From a virus (lineage: Duplodnaviria; Caudoviricetes), in the IMG/VR virus record IMGVR_UViG_3300033979_000663, positions 13,749 to 77,748 of that record: 64,000 nucleotides of DNA; one strand, 5' to 3'. This document shows positions 40,603-50,285 of this stretch, one piece after another. The stretch's first letter is position 1; each line of letters begins with the position of its first letter. The notes beneath the pieces were generated by a model that worked only from the letters and a program-made list of their open reading frames with translations, searched no databases and was not told the origin of the DNA. Made by a program: the position numbers and the translations under genes.

Positions 40603-40713
40603 GTTAATTGGTTGCCTTTATCTTTGGCAACCTTTTCTTCAAAGTCGAAATAGAAGCAATATCTATCTGCATGGGATAGCTACCCATGTACTGATGATGA
40701 CAAGCTAAGAAAA

Positions 40714-41043
40714 ATGACAGATACAGATTTTTCATTGGAACAAGAGTTCCGCATCTCCCACGATGGGAGACTCATCGTAGTTGACTACGATGAAACAGAC
40801 GGAGAACCCGTCTGGTTTGAAGACGGGGCAAATGAAGTGTTTGATTTCTGGATGGGTGAAGACCCTTCCGGGGTATTGTCGGCCATCTGGTATGACAAAG
40901 CCTTGTACTCGGCCAAAGCCAAGCCCGTGTTAGATACGTCCGAGCTAACCGAGCTAAAGGAGGGCGATCCAATGCTGCTCTCCCACCCAGAAAACTTTGA
41001 GTTCCCACTCCAGTGGGACTTAGTTCGAGGTTTCTTAGGGTAG
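40714..41043 (+). CDS. Acidic hypothetical protein
   Basis: 109 aa in the plus-strand array. Confidence 0.6.
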   Translation: MTDTDFSLEQEFRISHDGRLIVVDYDETDGEPVWFEDGANEVFDFWMGEDPSGVLSAIWYDKALYSAKAKPVLDTSELTELKEGDPMLLSHPENFEFPLQWDLVRGFLG

Positions 41044-41047
41044 GGTA

Positions 41048-41245
41048 ATGCCCCTCATAATTTTAAAGATAAAGGATGGTTTCAATCTTAATAACCATCC
41101 TTGCCTGACTAGAAAGGCTGGTATTGGAAATTATCTTTTGATATGCCATATACCCCAGCCACAGATACAAAGCTTAAAAATAGATCCTTGCGTTGAATCG
41201 TTAAGGATTGAGAAATGGCTAAAAACTTATTTTAAAGACAAATGA
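41048..41245 (+). CDS. Hypothetical protein
   Basis: Operonic; ATGA overlap with the next gene. Confidence 0.45.
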   Translation: MPLIILKIKDGFNLNNHPCLTRKAGIGNYLLICHIPQPQIQSLKIDPCVESLRIEKWLKTYFKDK

Positions 41246-41652
41246 ACGACGAATTTCTGAAAAAGGCAATAGATTGGGCTTCTGCGAATAAGCCTGATGC
41301 AAGCATGAGCCACAAAGCAGCTTTCGCCAATTCTGTGGCTTACCTTTGCTCCGGCTGGAGCGGAGGTTATGGTGGACCCTCAATGAGGGAGCATCTTTGC
41401 TCTTGGGCATTAGCTGGAGATGAAGGACTGAATGAAACAGCAAGTCTCAATGGGCTTGCCATAACGATTCAATTCCCTGACAACAGGCTACCCCGCCCTG
41501 GACATTGGAGATTTGAGGAAGCAGTCAAGTTCTGCGAACCTCTCTGCTTTGAACCAGCACAGAAGCATTTGAAAATTTTAGTGCAAATCTCCGAAAGAGA
41601 GCATTGCTTCGACGATGACCCCGAAGATATCAAAGTATTGCGGGGAAAGTAG
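41242..41652 (+). CDS. Hypothetical protein; candidate -1 frameshift extension to 41891 adds a zinc finger
   Basis: Ends CGG GGA AAG TAG; the -1 frame is open for about 80 codons. Confidence 0.7.
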   Translation: MNDEFLKKAIDWASANKPDASMSHKAAFANSVAYLCSGWSGGYGGPSMREHLCSWALAGDEGLNETASLNGLAITIQFPDNRLPRPGHWRFEEAVKFCEPLCFEPAQKHLKILVQISEREHCFDDDPEDIKVLRGK

Positions 41653-41944
41653 TTAAGTTAGTTAATGGCTGTTACTCCCTAGAACCAGCCAGAAAACTAA
41701 CATCAAATCTTCTTGAATATGTGTTGTCGGTGGCGCGTATTCAGGAAGGGGCAAACATCTGTAGAGGACTAAAAAATCCTTACACGGTGTGCTGTAAACA
41801 TCTTGCAGTTCAAAATCGTTCTGGCTACTGCAAGAACCACCGTCACCAGTCACCTTCCCAAAAGGCGGCTGTGAAAAAAGCCAGAAAGTAAACCCGTCCA
41901 TGTTCGATTCGATTATCGGGCATGGGCGATCGCAAACCACTAAT

Positions 41945-42295
41945 ATGACTACTTACCAAGACCACTACGAACACTCGAACCCCCTGTTCCCCCTGGTGTC
42001 CAAATACGTGTACCAAGAGGAATGGGACAGGCTGAAAAGCCTGGGGGCGAAGATTGTCCCCGAACAGGAGCTATGCCCGGACGCATACTTCGCGGGTGAC
42101 GACGACCCCACCATATCTGTTCCTGTAATTGAGTTTAAAGGGGTCAAATATGATCGCTTTATGAACTTGATCAGACAAGTTCATGGCGATCGCGCCGCTC
42201 AGGAGTTAATCAATATTTGGAACAAGCAATTATTGGCAGACCGGCGATCGCGCTGGTCAATCAGCCAGTCAAACCCGGCAAGTTGGGACAGGTAA
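41945..42295 (+). CDS. Hypothetical protein
   Basis: Start placed at MTTYQD, after the 17-bp palindrome. Confidence 0.55.
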   Translation: MTTYQDHYEHSNPLFPLVSKYVYQEEWDRLKSLGAKIVPEQELCPDAYFAGDDDPTISVPVIEFKGVKYDRFMNLIRQVHGDRAAQELINIWNKQLLADRRSRWSISQSNPASWDR

Positions 42296-42343
42296 GATAT
42301 TCCTGCCAATGTTCGACTCGAATATTGGCGGACCCATTGGTAA

Positions 42344-43384
42344 TTGAAGTGGTTATTTCAGTTACCAATGGGTTTGTTTCCAGTGAGTCAACCCAATCCA
42401 ATAGAGCCTATGCAAGCAAACGGTGAATTCTATCCCGCCATCCTCTTGATTGAGGTTTGGTGGGTAGGTAAAGATCAGCCCGTCATGATGAGGGCTGCTG
42501 GGTTTGTACCTAATGGGTACGGCGATGCTTGGGTTCGCCAATGTAAAACCCAAGAGGAATTTGATAAGTGGCGTTCGCACTCTCTAGCACTTATCAAAAG
42601 GTTCAATGGTCGGGCTCTTGATGTTACTCAATGGCGACCTAGACAACCTGAACCTATCCCAACCCCAGTAGTTGACATGGAATCAATTGCCAACAAAATA
42701 AAGAAACTGTTGGCATTATCCCAGTCACCTAACGAAGCGGAGGCGATCGCTGCTTCACAAAAAGCCCAGGAACTGTTGACCCGCCATAATTTATCAATGG
42801 CGGATTTAGCTGACTCCTCTCAAGAGGATGTTGAAAGGTACGAGCTAGAAACCTTTTCCAAGTTCGTTGGATGGAAAAGTCACTTGGCTGCTGGCGTTGC
42901 TAAATACAACGTCTGCAAGTGTATCCTGTCTGAAATCGAGGGGAAAAGTATTGTATTCATTGGCAGGTCAAGTAATTGTAAAGTTGCTGCACTGCAATAT
43001 GAATACCTTGCTTCTACCATTGACCGATTAGCTAAAGAGCAGGAAGGCGATCGCTCTTACAAGAATGCCTTTCGATTGGGTGCTGCCGACAGGATATCCA
43101 AGAGGCTGGAATACTTGCGGATAGAACAAGAAGAAGATGGGCTTGAGTCAGATGATGGCAATATATCAGCCATTGTCATCACCTCTTTGCACAAAAGACT
43201 TGAGGGTGAGATAGATGCTTTTTACAAATCTTACCTGAAGTCAAATAAAATAACGAGTCGCGCAGTCAGGGGATCGTCATACTCGTCAAGAGGTGGCTAT
43301 GCTGCTGGCGATCGCGCCGGTCAATCAGTAAGTCTCAACAAACAAGTTGGGGCAGGTAATCAGAAACAGTTAGGAGGCAGATAA
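42344..43384 (+). CDS. DUF2786-domain protein
   Basis: KIKKLLALSQSPNEAEAIAASQKAQELLTRHNLS; ...NAFRLG...GYAAG..AG..V.L. Confidence 0.8.
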   Translation: MKWLFQLPMGLFPVSQPNPIEPMQANGEFYPAILLIEVWWVGKDQPVMMRAAGFVPNGYGDAWVRQCKTQEEFDKWRSHSLALIKRFNGRALDVTQWRPRQPEPIPTPVVDMESIANKIKKLLALSQSPNEAEAIAASQKAQELLTRHNLSMADLADSSQEDVERYELETFSKFVGWKSHLAAGVAKYNVCKCILSEIEGKSIVFIGRSSNCKVAALQYEYLASTIDRLAKEQEGDRSYKNAFRLGAADRISKRLEYLRIEQEEDGLESDDGNISAIVITSLHKRLEGEIDAFYKSYLKSNKITSRAVRGSSYSSRGGYAAGDRAGQSVSLNKQVGAGNQKQLGGR

Positions 43385-43558
43385 ATGGAAGTACAAATTA
43401 ACGTAAAAATGGACAACTCAGCTTTCGTTGATAACGAAAATGAGTTAAAAGAAATTCTGATAAAAATTGCAGACAAAGTAGTAAAGCAACAGCAGCTATC
43501 AGGTACGGTCAATGATAGCAACGGAAACCGAGTAGCTACATTCTCTGTTGAAGATTAG
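43385..43558 (+). CDS. Small phage protein (57 aa, not in ORF track)
   Basis: GGAGG RBS; MEVQINVKMDNSAF...L.EIL.KIA...VNDSNGNRVATF. Confidence 0.65.
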   Translation: MEVQINVKMDNSAFVDNENELKEILIKIADKVVKQQQLSGTVNDSNGNRVATFSVED

Positions 43559-43738
43559 TCAAAAGCGATCGCCCCTCCGACCAAGAAGCAAGCGATCGCC
43601 TAGTCCACATCACAGGAATAATGAAATGAGACTAGCAGCAAAGTATATCTTGATTGCGGTCATCTTGATCATCTCTGCGAGAGATGATCAGACAGGGGAC
43701 TGCCTGAGACGTGGTGACTGCAAGAATTTGAGGGTAGA

Positions 43739-44233
43739 GTGGACAAAATCATAAAAAGATCCTTCCCTGATCAGGAATGGAAATTTTTTGATGATGGTAA
43801 AACAGCCGTCTCCCAGACTAGCAAATTTACCATCAGAGAACTTGATTCTGGTGACTTCGTAGGGACGCTGAAGATACCAGCTAGTTTCTACACTGACCAT
43901 TCCTATGAGGTCACTATACAAGATGATTCGTTGGAGTTCGTTTGCCAACGCTTCCTTGAATGGGGTCAATGCCGAACTGTTGACCATGATGACTGGATTG
44001 ATCAGGCGATCGCGCTCTTTGGAGACAAACACCTCGATTGGCGGTTTAAATGCCCCAAGTGCGGGCAAAGCCAGTCTATTGGCGAGTGCCATAAGTGGGG
44101 GATGACAGGACTTCAACCCATGCAACTGTGTGGGAATTGCGGTCACTGCATCCCTCCGATCAATCCAGTAGTGATTGAGACAAAAGTTTGCAATCACTAC
44201 GAACGAACCTATGTTTTTGAGTTTAAGGAGTAA
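43739..44233 (+). CDS. Zinc-ribbon-containing protein
   Basis: WRFKCPKCGQSQS...CGNCGHC...VFEF. Confidence 0.6.
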   Translation: MDKIIKRSFPDQEWKFFDDGKTAVSQTSKFTIRELDSGDFVGTLKIPASFYTDHSYEVTIQDDSLEFVCQRFLEWGQCRTVDHDDWIDQAIALFGDKHLDWRFKCPKCGQSQSIGECHKWGMTGLQPMQLCGNCGHCIPPINPVVIETKVCNHYERTYVFEFKE

Positions 44234-44235
44234 GA

Positions 44236-44601
44236 ATGGAAATCAGAGAACAGATGGGTATGGTCAATGATTACATTGGTTTTACTCCTGTTAATTACAT
44301 AGCCAGGGATGGTTATGTAGTGGGATTCATTGACTTTACAGGTGAATCTTATGTCGCAGTTAAATTAAATGATGAGGGAGTTGTGTTGAGCGATCGCCAA
44401 CTCCCCTGGCACGACAAGATCGCCGCAATCTTCCAATCAAACTCCCAATGGTGGGGGGAAGATGGGGAAGATACTCTAGACTTTCTATGTGAGGGATTAT
44501 GGTGCGCCGGGTTTATCTCCTTTGACTCTCCAGAGTCACATGAAATTTATTTAGAATTCTGGAACAGGGTAGCGAGCTACCCTATGGCGAACGGGTCATA
44601 A
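44236..44601 (+). CDS. Hypothetical protein
   Basis: AAGGAG RBS. Confidence 0.65.
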   Translation: MEIREQMGMVNDYIGFTPVNYIARDGYVVGFIDFTGESYVAVKLNDEGVVLSDRQLPWHDKIAAIFQSNSQWWGEDGEDTLDFLCEGLWCAGFISFDSPESHEIYLEFWNRVASYPMANGS

Positions 44602-44740
44602 TCGAATCGAACACGACCTGAGCAAGTCAGAAAGAAGTTAATCTTGATGAATTTTGTGAGTTTTAGCAGGAAATAGCGATCGCACGGGGTAACTAAGTGC
44701 GATGTTCGATTCGATTATTAAACCGAGGAGACAAAAAGCA

Positions 44741-45175
44741 ATGAAAGTATCTGAGTTACACCAATTAATCGGTCGCCCTGCTTTTAATATTGGCGATCGA
44801 GTTATCCACTCTTATGAAGTTGGTTGGGTATCCCACATCAACTTAAATCACGAAAAGAAACAGTACATCTATATGGTGGTAAACGAGGAAGGCGCGTACA
44901 TCAATGGCACAGCAACAAATAGCGGGTTTTCTATCGAAGAAATCAAACCCGATGAAGGAGAATTAGCCGATGTGTCTAATTGCTATCCTTGCCGATCGCT
45001 GTTTTTAAGAGCCTCTGGTAATCGCCCTGCTGTTAAAGTCAATAAATCATGTCATCTTGATTCAAGTAAGGATAGATGGATTTGCTGGTTGCTTGAGAAC
45101 GGTGAATGGCAAATCAAAGGGGAGTTCAAAGATCCCGATGATGCGATCATGATGGCTATGTCATACAGAAAATGA
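44741..45175 (+). CDS. Hypothetical protein
   Basis: GAGGAG RBS before MKVSEL. Confidence 0.6.
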   Translation: MKVSELHQLIGRPAFNIGDRVIHSYEVGWVSHINLNHEKKQYIYMVVNEEGAYINGTATNSGFSIEEIKPDEGELADVSNCYPCRSLFLRASGNRPAVKVNKSCHLDSSKDRWICWLLENGEWQIKGEFKDPDDAIMMAMSYRK

Positions 45176-47247
45176 ATCTGACAAATAGAGAGTATTTGGA
45201 GGCAGCGATCGCCTCTATCAAAATCCTCCGCAAACAATCCCCCTTAACGGAACAAGAAAGGGGGATTTTGCTTGCATTCCCTGGGGGTGGCATCCTCAAG
45301 GAGTGCGGGGTTTTCACCGACGACGATAAACCCCGTTGGTTAGTTGAGGGTCGGGAGGAGTTGCGATCGCTCCTCACCAATGAAGAATGGGAAGGGATAC
45401 AGAATAGTGGGATGCAAAACTCCCACTACACCTTACCCCAAATACGTCAAGCTATGTGGGAGGCACTACTGCCATTAATAGAAGATCCTTGTGTTCTCAG
45501 GGTGCTTGATCCTGGATGTGGTACGGCTGGTTTTCTTTGGGATATGCCCAATGATGACCGACTCACGTATTACGGCATTGACAAGGACGTTTTGCCTGTT
45601 GCGATCGCCCGGAAAGCGATAGGCAAAAGCAAGCACCAACTGGTAAAGCAGGATTTCTTGCAACATGATCCCATGTTTCCTTATGGTGCTGCCATCGGCA
45701 ATGTTCCGTTTGTTAATGGCGTTAACTCAATGGTGTTAGAGGGCAAGAAATTGGGTATTGCTATTCATGCCCAATTCTTCATTAAGTCCGTCCAGTTACT
45801 AGCACCTGGCGCACCTCTAATGTTCCTCACCTCAACTACGACACTTGATGCTAGGGGTGAGGATTACGTCTGGTTTCGCCGATGGTTGCACAGAAAATGT
45901 GAGTTCATCGGTGCGTTGAGATTACCTGCGGATGCCGTTCATCATGGCAACACTCAGGTAACAACTGATTTGATTATCCTTCGTCGTCGCAAGGGTAAGG
46001 ATTGCAATGAACCCGATACTAATTGGATTGAAGTGGTGGAAAGTGATTTGATTAATCCCCACTACAACATCCCTGTGTTGTACAACCAATGGTTCATTGA
46101 TAATCCCTGGTGTTTGTTAGGCGATCGCACTATTTCCAAAGTGCGAGGTAAAAACGGCAATCCTACCAATTGCCTTGCAATTCAATCTCGTCCAAATTTC
46201 GCAAAAGAATTGCGTGAGTCCTTAGCAAAACTCACGCATCAAAACAACGTATCTAACAAGGAGAATCATATCATGGCTACATTAATCCCTGCTGATAAGT
46301 TCCAGTCTTATTCCGTTTTCTCTTTCATTCTCAGAGAGAATCCAAAACAACAAGGGGTTGAGATTCATTTCCCCCCTGAGTATGTAGCGGAAAGCGATGC
46401 TGAAAAAACCCTGTTAGAGCAAATTAAGTCTAAGGGGCTTGTCGCTGCTAAGTCTAATCCTTCGTTGTTCTACATCAAGCCCCGAACATCGGAAGAACAC
46501 GCTCAACTAATGGCATATATGCGTAAGAAGGTAGCAGCTTGTTCTAAGTGGGGGGCTTGTGAATTAGATGCCGACACACCTGTGGAAGAAATTAAGCCGC
46601 GCCGTCGCTGGGGAGGCAACAAGGAAAACAAGCCCGTTGAACCTGTCGCTACTCCTACGTCTGCTCCCATTGTGGATGCGATCGCCCAACGACTACAGCC
46701 GATGTTCGATGAATTGGCTAGTAAAATCCAAGTTCCTGCTGCTGACCCCAAAGAGTTGCAGGAGGCACAAGCGAAACTTACTGACTACCTGCACAGGTGG
46801 CAGAAGGATCAAGAAACTTTTAAGACGTTAAAATCGGAGGTGGATGTCTTTGTTGGTCTTAACGAAGAATTGAAAAGAGACAATGAGGATTTGCGATCGC
46901 AGCTTGCAGATGTTACCGCAAAAATCGTTGAACTCAATGGCACGGTTCATGAGTTACAAACGGAATTGAAAGAAACCAGGGAAGCTGATATAGAACTCAT
47001 GAGGCAAGTTGAATCCTTGCAAGAAAAAAACGAGGGATTGCGATCGCAACTTGCAGAGTTTGGTGTTGGTGTAACCCAACAACCCGAACCTGACCTGGTT
47101 GACGATGAACCTGACTTGCAGGATGAACCTGACTTGCAGGATGAACCTGACTTGAGTGACGACGAAGACCTCCCCTCTGCATTCCAACCCCAATCATCTG
47201 ATGACGATGATGAAGATGGCTTCAACATAGCGTTACTGGGGGAGTAA
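45172..47247 (+). CDS. DarB-type N6-adenine methyltransferase fused in frame to a coiled-coil/acidic protein (internal start 46273)
   Basis: AFPGGG, SHYT, VLDPGCGTAGF, IGNVPF, ALRLP...NTQVTTDLIILRR; AAGGAG-N9-ATG at 46273. Confidence 0.8.
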   Translation: MNLTNREYLEAAIASIKILRKQSPLTEQERGILLAFPGGGILKECGVFTDDDKPRWLVEGREELRSLLTNEEWEGIQNSGMQNSHYTLPQIRQAMWEALLPLIEDPCVLRVLDPGCGTAGFLWDMPNDDRLTYYGIDKDVLPVAIARKAIGKSKHQLVKQDFLQHDPMFPYGAAIGNVPFVNGVNSMVLEGKKLGIAIHAQFFIKSVQLLAPGAPLMFLTSTTTLDARGEDYVWFRRWLHRKCEFIGALRLPADAVHHGNTQVTTDLIILRRRKGKDCNEPDTNWIEVVESDLINPHYNIPVLYNQWFIDNPWCLLGDRTISKVRGKNGNPTNCLAIQSRPNFAKELRESLAKLTHQNNVSNKENHIMATLIPADKFQSYSVFSFILRENPKQQGVEIHFPPEYVAESDAEKTLLEQIKSKGLVAAKSNPSLFYIKPRTSEEHAQLMAYMRKKVAACSKWGACELDADTPVEEIKPRRRWGGNKENKPVEPVATPTSAPIVDAIAQRLQPMFDELASKIQVPAADPKELQEAQAKLTDYLHRWQKDQETFKTLKSEVDVFVGLNEELKRDNEDLRSQLADVTAKIVELNGTVHELQTELKETREADIELMRQVESLQEKNEGLRSQLAEFGVGVTQQPEPDLVDDEPDLQDEPDLQDEPDLSDDEDLPSAFQPQSSDDDDEDGFNIALLGE
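47104..47154 (+). repeat. 18-bp coding tandem repeat (DEPDLQ, about 2.8 units)
   Basis: GATGAACCTGACTTGCAG units. Confidence 0.85.
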
Positions 47248-47273
47248 CCAGGGATTATTCATCAATTATTCAG

Positions 47274-47633
47274 ATGTTCGACAAAGCATCCGAGCGTCTG
47301 AAAACCCCCAAAGTTACCTTCAGTGATTACCAACTGTACCGCACCAAATCAGGCAGATACCCTGGTGCGGTATATGTGCAACCTAATCATGGTGATGGAT
47401 GGTATGCCAGGATTGAGCGTGATGGTTCATTGACCCTCAATCCTGGTCAATACAAGAAGGGGTTAGAGGATGAATTATCCTTGCTGGCGCAAAACCCAGT
47501 AAAATTCGCTGCTGATTATGGCAAGAGGTCAGGTAGTTGTTGTTTTTGCCACACTACCCTGACCAATCCATTATCCCTGTCGGTTGGCTATGGACCAGTC
47601 TGCGCCGGTCGGTATGGGATGCCTTACGGCTAA
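47274..47633 (+). CDS. DUF6011-like zinc finger protein
   Basis: CCFCHTTLTNPLSLSVGYGPVCA. Confidence 0.7.
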   Translation: MFDKASERLKTPKVTFSDYQLYRTKSGRYPGAVYVQPNHGDGWYARIERDGSLTLNPGQYKKGLEDELSLLAQNPVKFAADYGKRSGSCCFCHTTLTNPLSLSVGYGPVCAGRYGMPYG

Positions 47634-47773
47634 AACCGCACGGGGTGACTAAGTACTTCGAGATTAAATAACAGGAACAGCGATCGCCCCTCGGTAGATC
47701 GCATTCCCCCAATGGTAGCTAATCGGTGATTGGCTTTCATTGGGGGAATTTTGTTTCACACCCCATAAGGACA

Positions 47774-48043
47774 ATGACAATTGAAATTAACGTTGGATGC
47801 ACTCAATACTCCAACTACGCTAACGCACGGGTCGAAGGGAACTTGGATGACTCTATAGAAGTAAATAGTCAAGAAGCTTTAGGCGCGATCGCTATTGCTT
47901 CTCTTAAACACCTGATGGTAACTGGACAACTGAAGTTAGTCTTAAATGGCAAAGAAGTTATCACCCAGGAGTTAGATGAAACCCCGTACCAAGACTTCTT
48001 TGAAGACTGTCAGTGGTTCTATGACCACGACATCATGAAATAA
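47774..48043 (+). CDS. Hypothetical protein
   Basis: AAGGA RBS before MTIEIN. Confidence 0.55.
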   Translation: MTIEINVGCTQYSNYANARVEGNLDDSIEVNSQEALGAIAIASLKHLMVTGQLKLVLNGKEVITQELDETPYQDFFEDCQWFYDHDIMK

Positions 48044-48155
48044 ACAAATTACCCGGAAGAAATTTCGCCGCCTTCCGGGGTTAAAATTCTCACCCAAATC
48101 TCATGTTCGACTAGGACATGGGATTTTCTTTATCAACAAACCAAGGAGTAAAAGA

Positions 48156-48449
48156 ATGCAATTACAATTAATCAAACAACAAGAAAATAACGTAACTCAT
48201 GTTTCAGTCCAAATTACTGATCAACTCAGCGATCGCCTAATTCCTGTTGGAAGTGTGGAACAAGTTGATGGTTTGTGGTGCGCCTGTTTCTATCGCAATA
48301 ACTATCGCATTATCTCTCATTGTCGAGAGGAAAGAGACGCAATTATTTACATGATTCAATACGCCGTAGTTGGCGATAAAATCTCTACAGACGAGTATCA
48401 CCAACTATGGAATGTCTTGTTTCCAGAAGATGCAGTAGTTATTAGATAG
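48156..48449 (+). CDS. Hypothetical protein
   Basis: AAGGAG RBS. Confidence 0.65.
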   Translation: MQLQLIKQQENNVTHVSVQITDQLSDRLIPVGSVEQVDGLWCACFYRNNYRIISHCREERDAIIYMIQYAVVGDKISTDEYHQLWNVLFPEDAVVIR

Positions 48450-48456
48450 AGCAACA

Positions 48457-48735
48457 ATGGAACTAAAACTTAGAAGAAAACCTTGTACAGATTGCCCCTT
48501 TCATGATGGTGGTGTTGAATTAACACCGGAATACATGAGCCATGTTATTCAATATCTATCGGAAGGCGTGAACCACATCTGCCACACAACAAATAAGCAC
48601 GTTTGTCATGGAGGTAGAGAGTTGCAATTAAAAATGTTTGTAGCTCAAGGCAAGATAGAAAAGCCTATAAATGAGTCGCTATTTGAGGCGATGAGGGAAT
48701 TGGGAATAGAACCTACTCACACTTACGAAGACTAG
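48457..48735 (+). CDS. Cys/His-rich small protein
   Basis: KPCTDCPF...HICH...CHG. Confidence 0.65.
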   Translation: MELKLRRKPCTDCPFHDGGVELTPEYMSHVIQYLSEGVNHICHTTNKHVCHGGRELQLKMFVAQGKIEKPINESLFEAMRELGIEPTHTYED

Positions 48736-48755
48736 GAGAAAACAAGGAGAAAACA

Positions 48756-49148
48756 ATGATTGAACTATTTTGGACGGGGAATAAAATCCCGCGTGGGTAT
48801 GAAGAGTTTGAAATGACTTGGAATACCGAACAGTTTGTAGAAGAGGTGATAATTCCAAACTACAACCCAAACGAAAAAGATAAATTGGAGGAACTAAAAC
48901 TTTTTGCTCCCGTAGAAAAAGGAGAAATTCTTTATTACGAAGCTTATTGGGGTTTTCACCCCAGAGAATCAGGTGATTTAGACCTGAATCTAGACATATT
49001 CGCATTGGTAGAACCAAGCGAAATCGTTAAAGCAGACCGTAAAGATTATGGCTATGGAGAGAATATTAGCCTGTGGGGAATTGCGCCCACATCTTTAAGA
49101 CACTGGATTAAAAAAATAGACGAGGATATGGATATATTCCCTCGCTAA
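48756..49148 (+). CDS. Hypothetical protein
   Basis: AAGGAG RBS. Confidence 0.65.
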   Translation: MIELFWTGNKIPRGYEEFEMTWNTEQFVEEVIIPNYNPNEKDKLEELKLFAPVEKGEILYYEAYWGFHPRESGDLDLNLDIFALVEPSEIVKADRKDYGYGENISLWGIAPTSLRHWIKKIDEDMDIFPR

Positions 49149-49206
49149 AAAGCTCACAACCGCACGAAGTAACTAAGTGCAACTAACAACCAAAGGAGCA
49201 AAAACA

Positions 49207-49740
49207 ATGACCGCAGCAGTTACACTAACAACCAATTCGGGTTATTCATGGACGACTTCAGTAAACAAGGATTTATCTTGCCAAGACATTCTTGATTACT
49301 TTCTGGACAGCAAATTTGATATTTACCCGACTTGCCACAATGAAGAACGTATGGAGCGAGTTGTTAAAGTAAAGATCGTCACGAAAGGCAAAGAGAACGG
49401 AGAAGAATTTTATACAACCAAGTCATTCACATCTCAAAGATTCTTGGAGTCTCAAGACAAAGCCCAAAAAGCTCTTGAGGAAAGTGTGGCAAAGTTTTCC
49501 CGTGTATATGTCACACTCGGAAAACATGATGGCTACTTAAAAGGGGTTGTTGCGACTAACGATTGCGGCGACTGGTTTATGGGTTCTCACCGCGATCGCA
49601 CGGTAGATATTGATTGGTCAAGAATGAAAAAGGTTGGACTACCTGAAAATTTAATCTTCTTATTCTCTACCTACAAATCCCTAGAGTTATTAGTAAGAAA
49701 AGGTGACAGTTTTGATGTTGTCTTTTCTTACGACTGGTAA
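49207..49740 (+). CDS. Hypothetical protein
   Basis: AAGGAG RBS before MTAAVT. Confidence 0.65.
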   Translation: MTAAVTLTTNSGYSWTTSVNKDLSCQDILDYFLDSKFDIYPTCHNEERMERVVKVKIVTKGKENGEEFYTTKSFTSQRFLESQDKAQKALEESVAKFSRVYVTLGKHDGYLKGVVATNDCGDWFMGSHRDRTVDIDWSRMKKVGLPENLIFLFSTYKSLELLVRKGDSFDVVFSYDW

Positions 49741-49824
49741 CAGCGATCGCACGAAGTAACTAACCCAAATCTCATGTTCGATTAGGACATGGGATTTTTT
49801 TATTATTCACACAGGAGTAAAATC

Positions 49825-50244
49825 ATGGAAATCAAAGCCAAGTACGTCACTAATAAGTACATTGACATCTTTGTAGAGGGTGTCACCCCATCAGATACCC
49901 ACTGGGGAGGGGTGAAAGCTATGCTTGAGGGTGCAAAATTCAAGTTAGAAGGATTTGCCTACCGCCGCACATTCGACAACCCCACTGAGTTTAGTAAGTG
50001 GTTAAGACATACCAGATCATTAACTACTAAATTCGGTGGTACTGAACCAGAGGAAATAGTAGACCCACTGCAAAATCTCATGGACATGATTGCCGAGTTC
50101 GAGTCCCGGTTCGATGAAATGAACCAGGAGGTATCTGTCCTAAAAAAGTTCGACATCTCCGCGCAGGAGAGATTGAACAGCTTGAAGCAGCAATTAGAGC
50201 AACAACCGGACAAAAAGCCCCCAGCAAGAAGAAAGAAAAAATAA
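49825..50244 (+). CDS. Hypothetical protein; probable N-terminal part of a -1 frameshift fusion with the next ORF
   Basis: AGGAG RBS; internal GGAGG-N10-A AAA AAG followed by a hairpin. Confidence 0.65.
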   Translation: MEIKAKYVTNKYIDIFVEGVTPSDTHWGGVKAMLEGAKFKLEGFAYRRTFDNPTEFSKWLRHTRSLTTKFGGTEPEEIVDPLQNLMDMIAEFESRFDEMNQEVSVLKKFDISAQERLNSLKQQLEQQPDKKPPARRKKK

Positions 50245-50285
50245 TCCCCGACACATTCACCCCAACCGTCAAGTTCCTGGATGAG

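Noticed and set aside
40511-40708. 65-aa ORF
   Set aside because: Overlaps the tRNA-like element and the pseudoknot motif; no RBS.
41900-44740. Shared MFDSII N-termini of the ORFs at 41900 and 44702
   Set aside because: Artefact of the ATG inside the 17-bp palindrome; better starts lie at 41945 and 44741.
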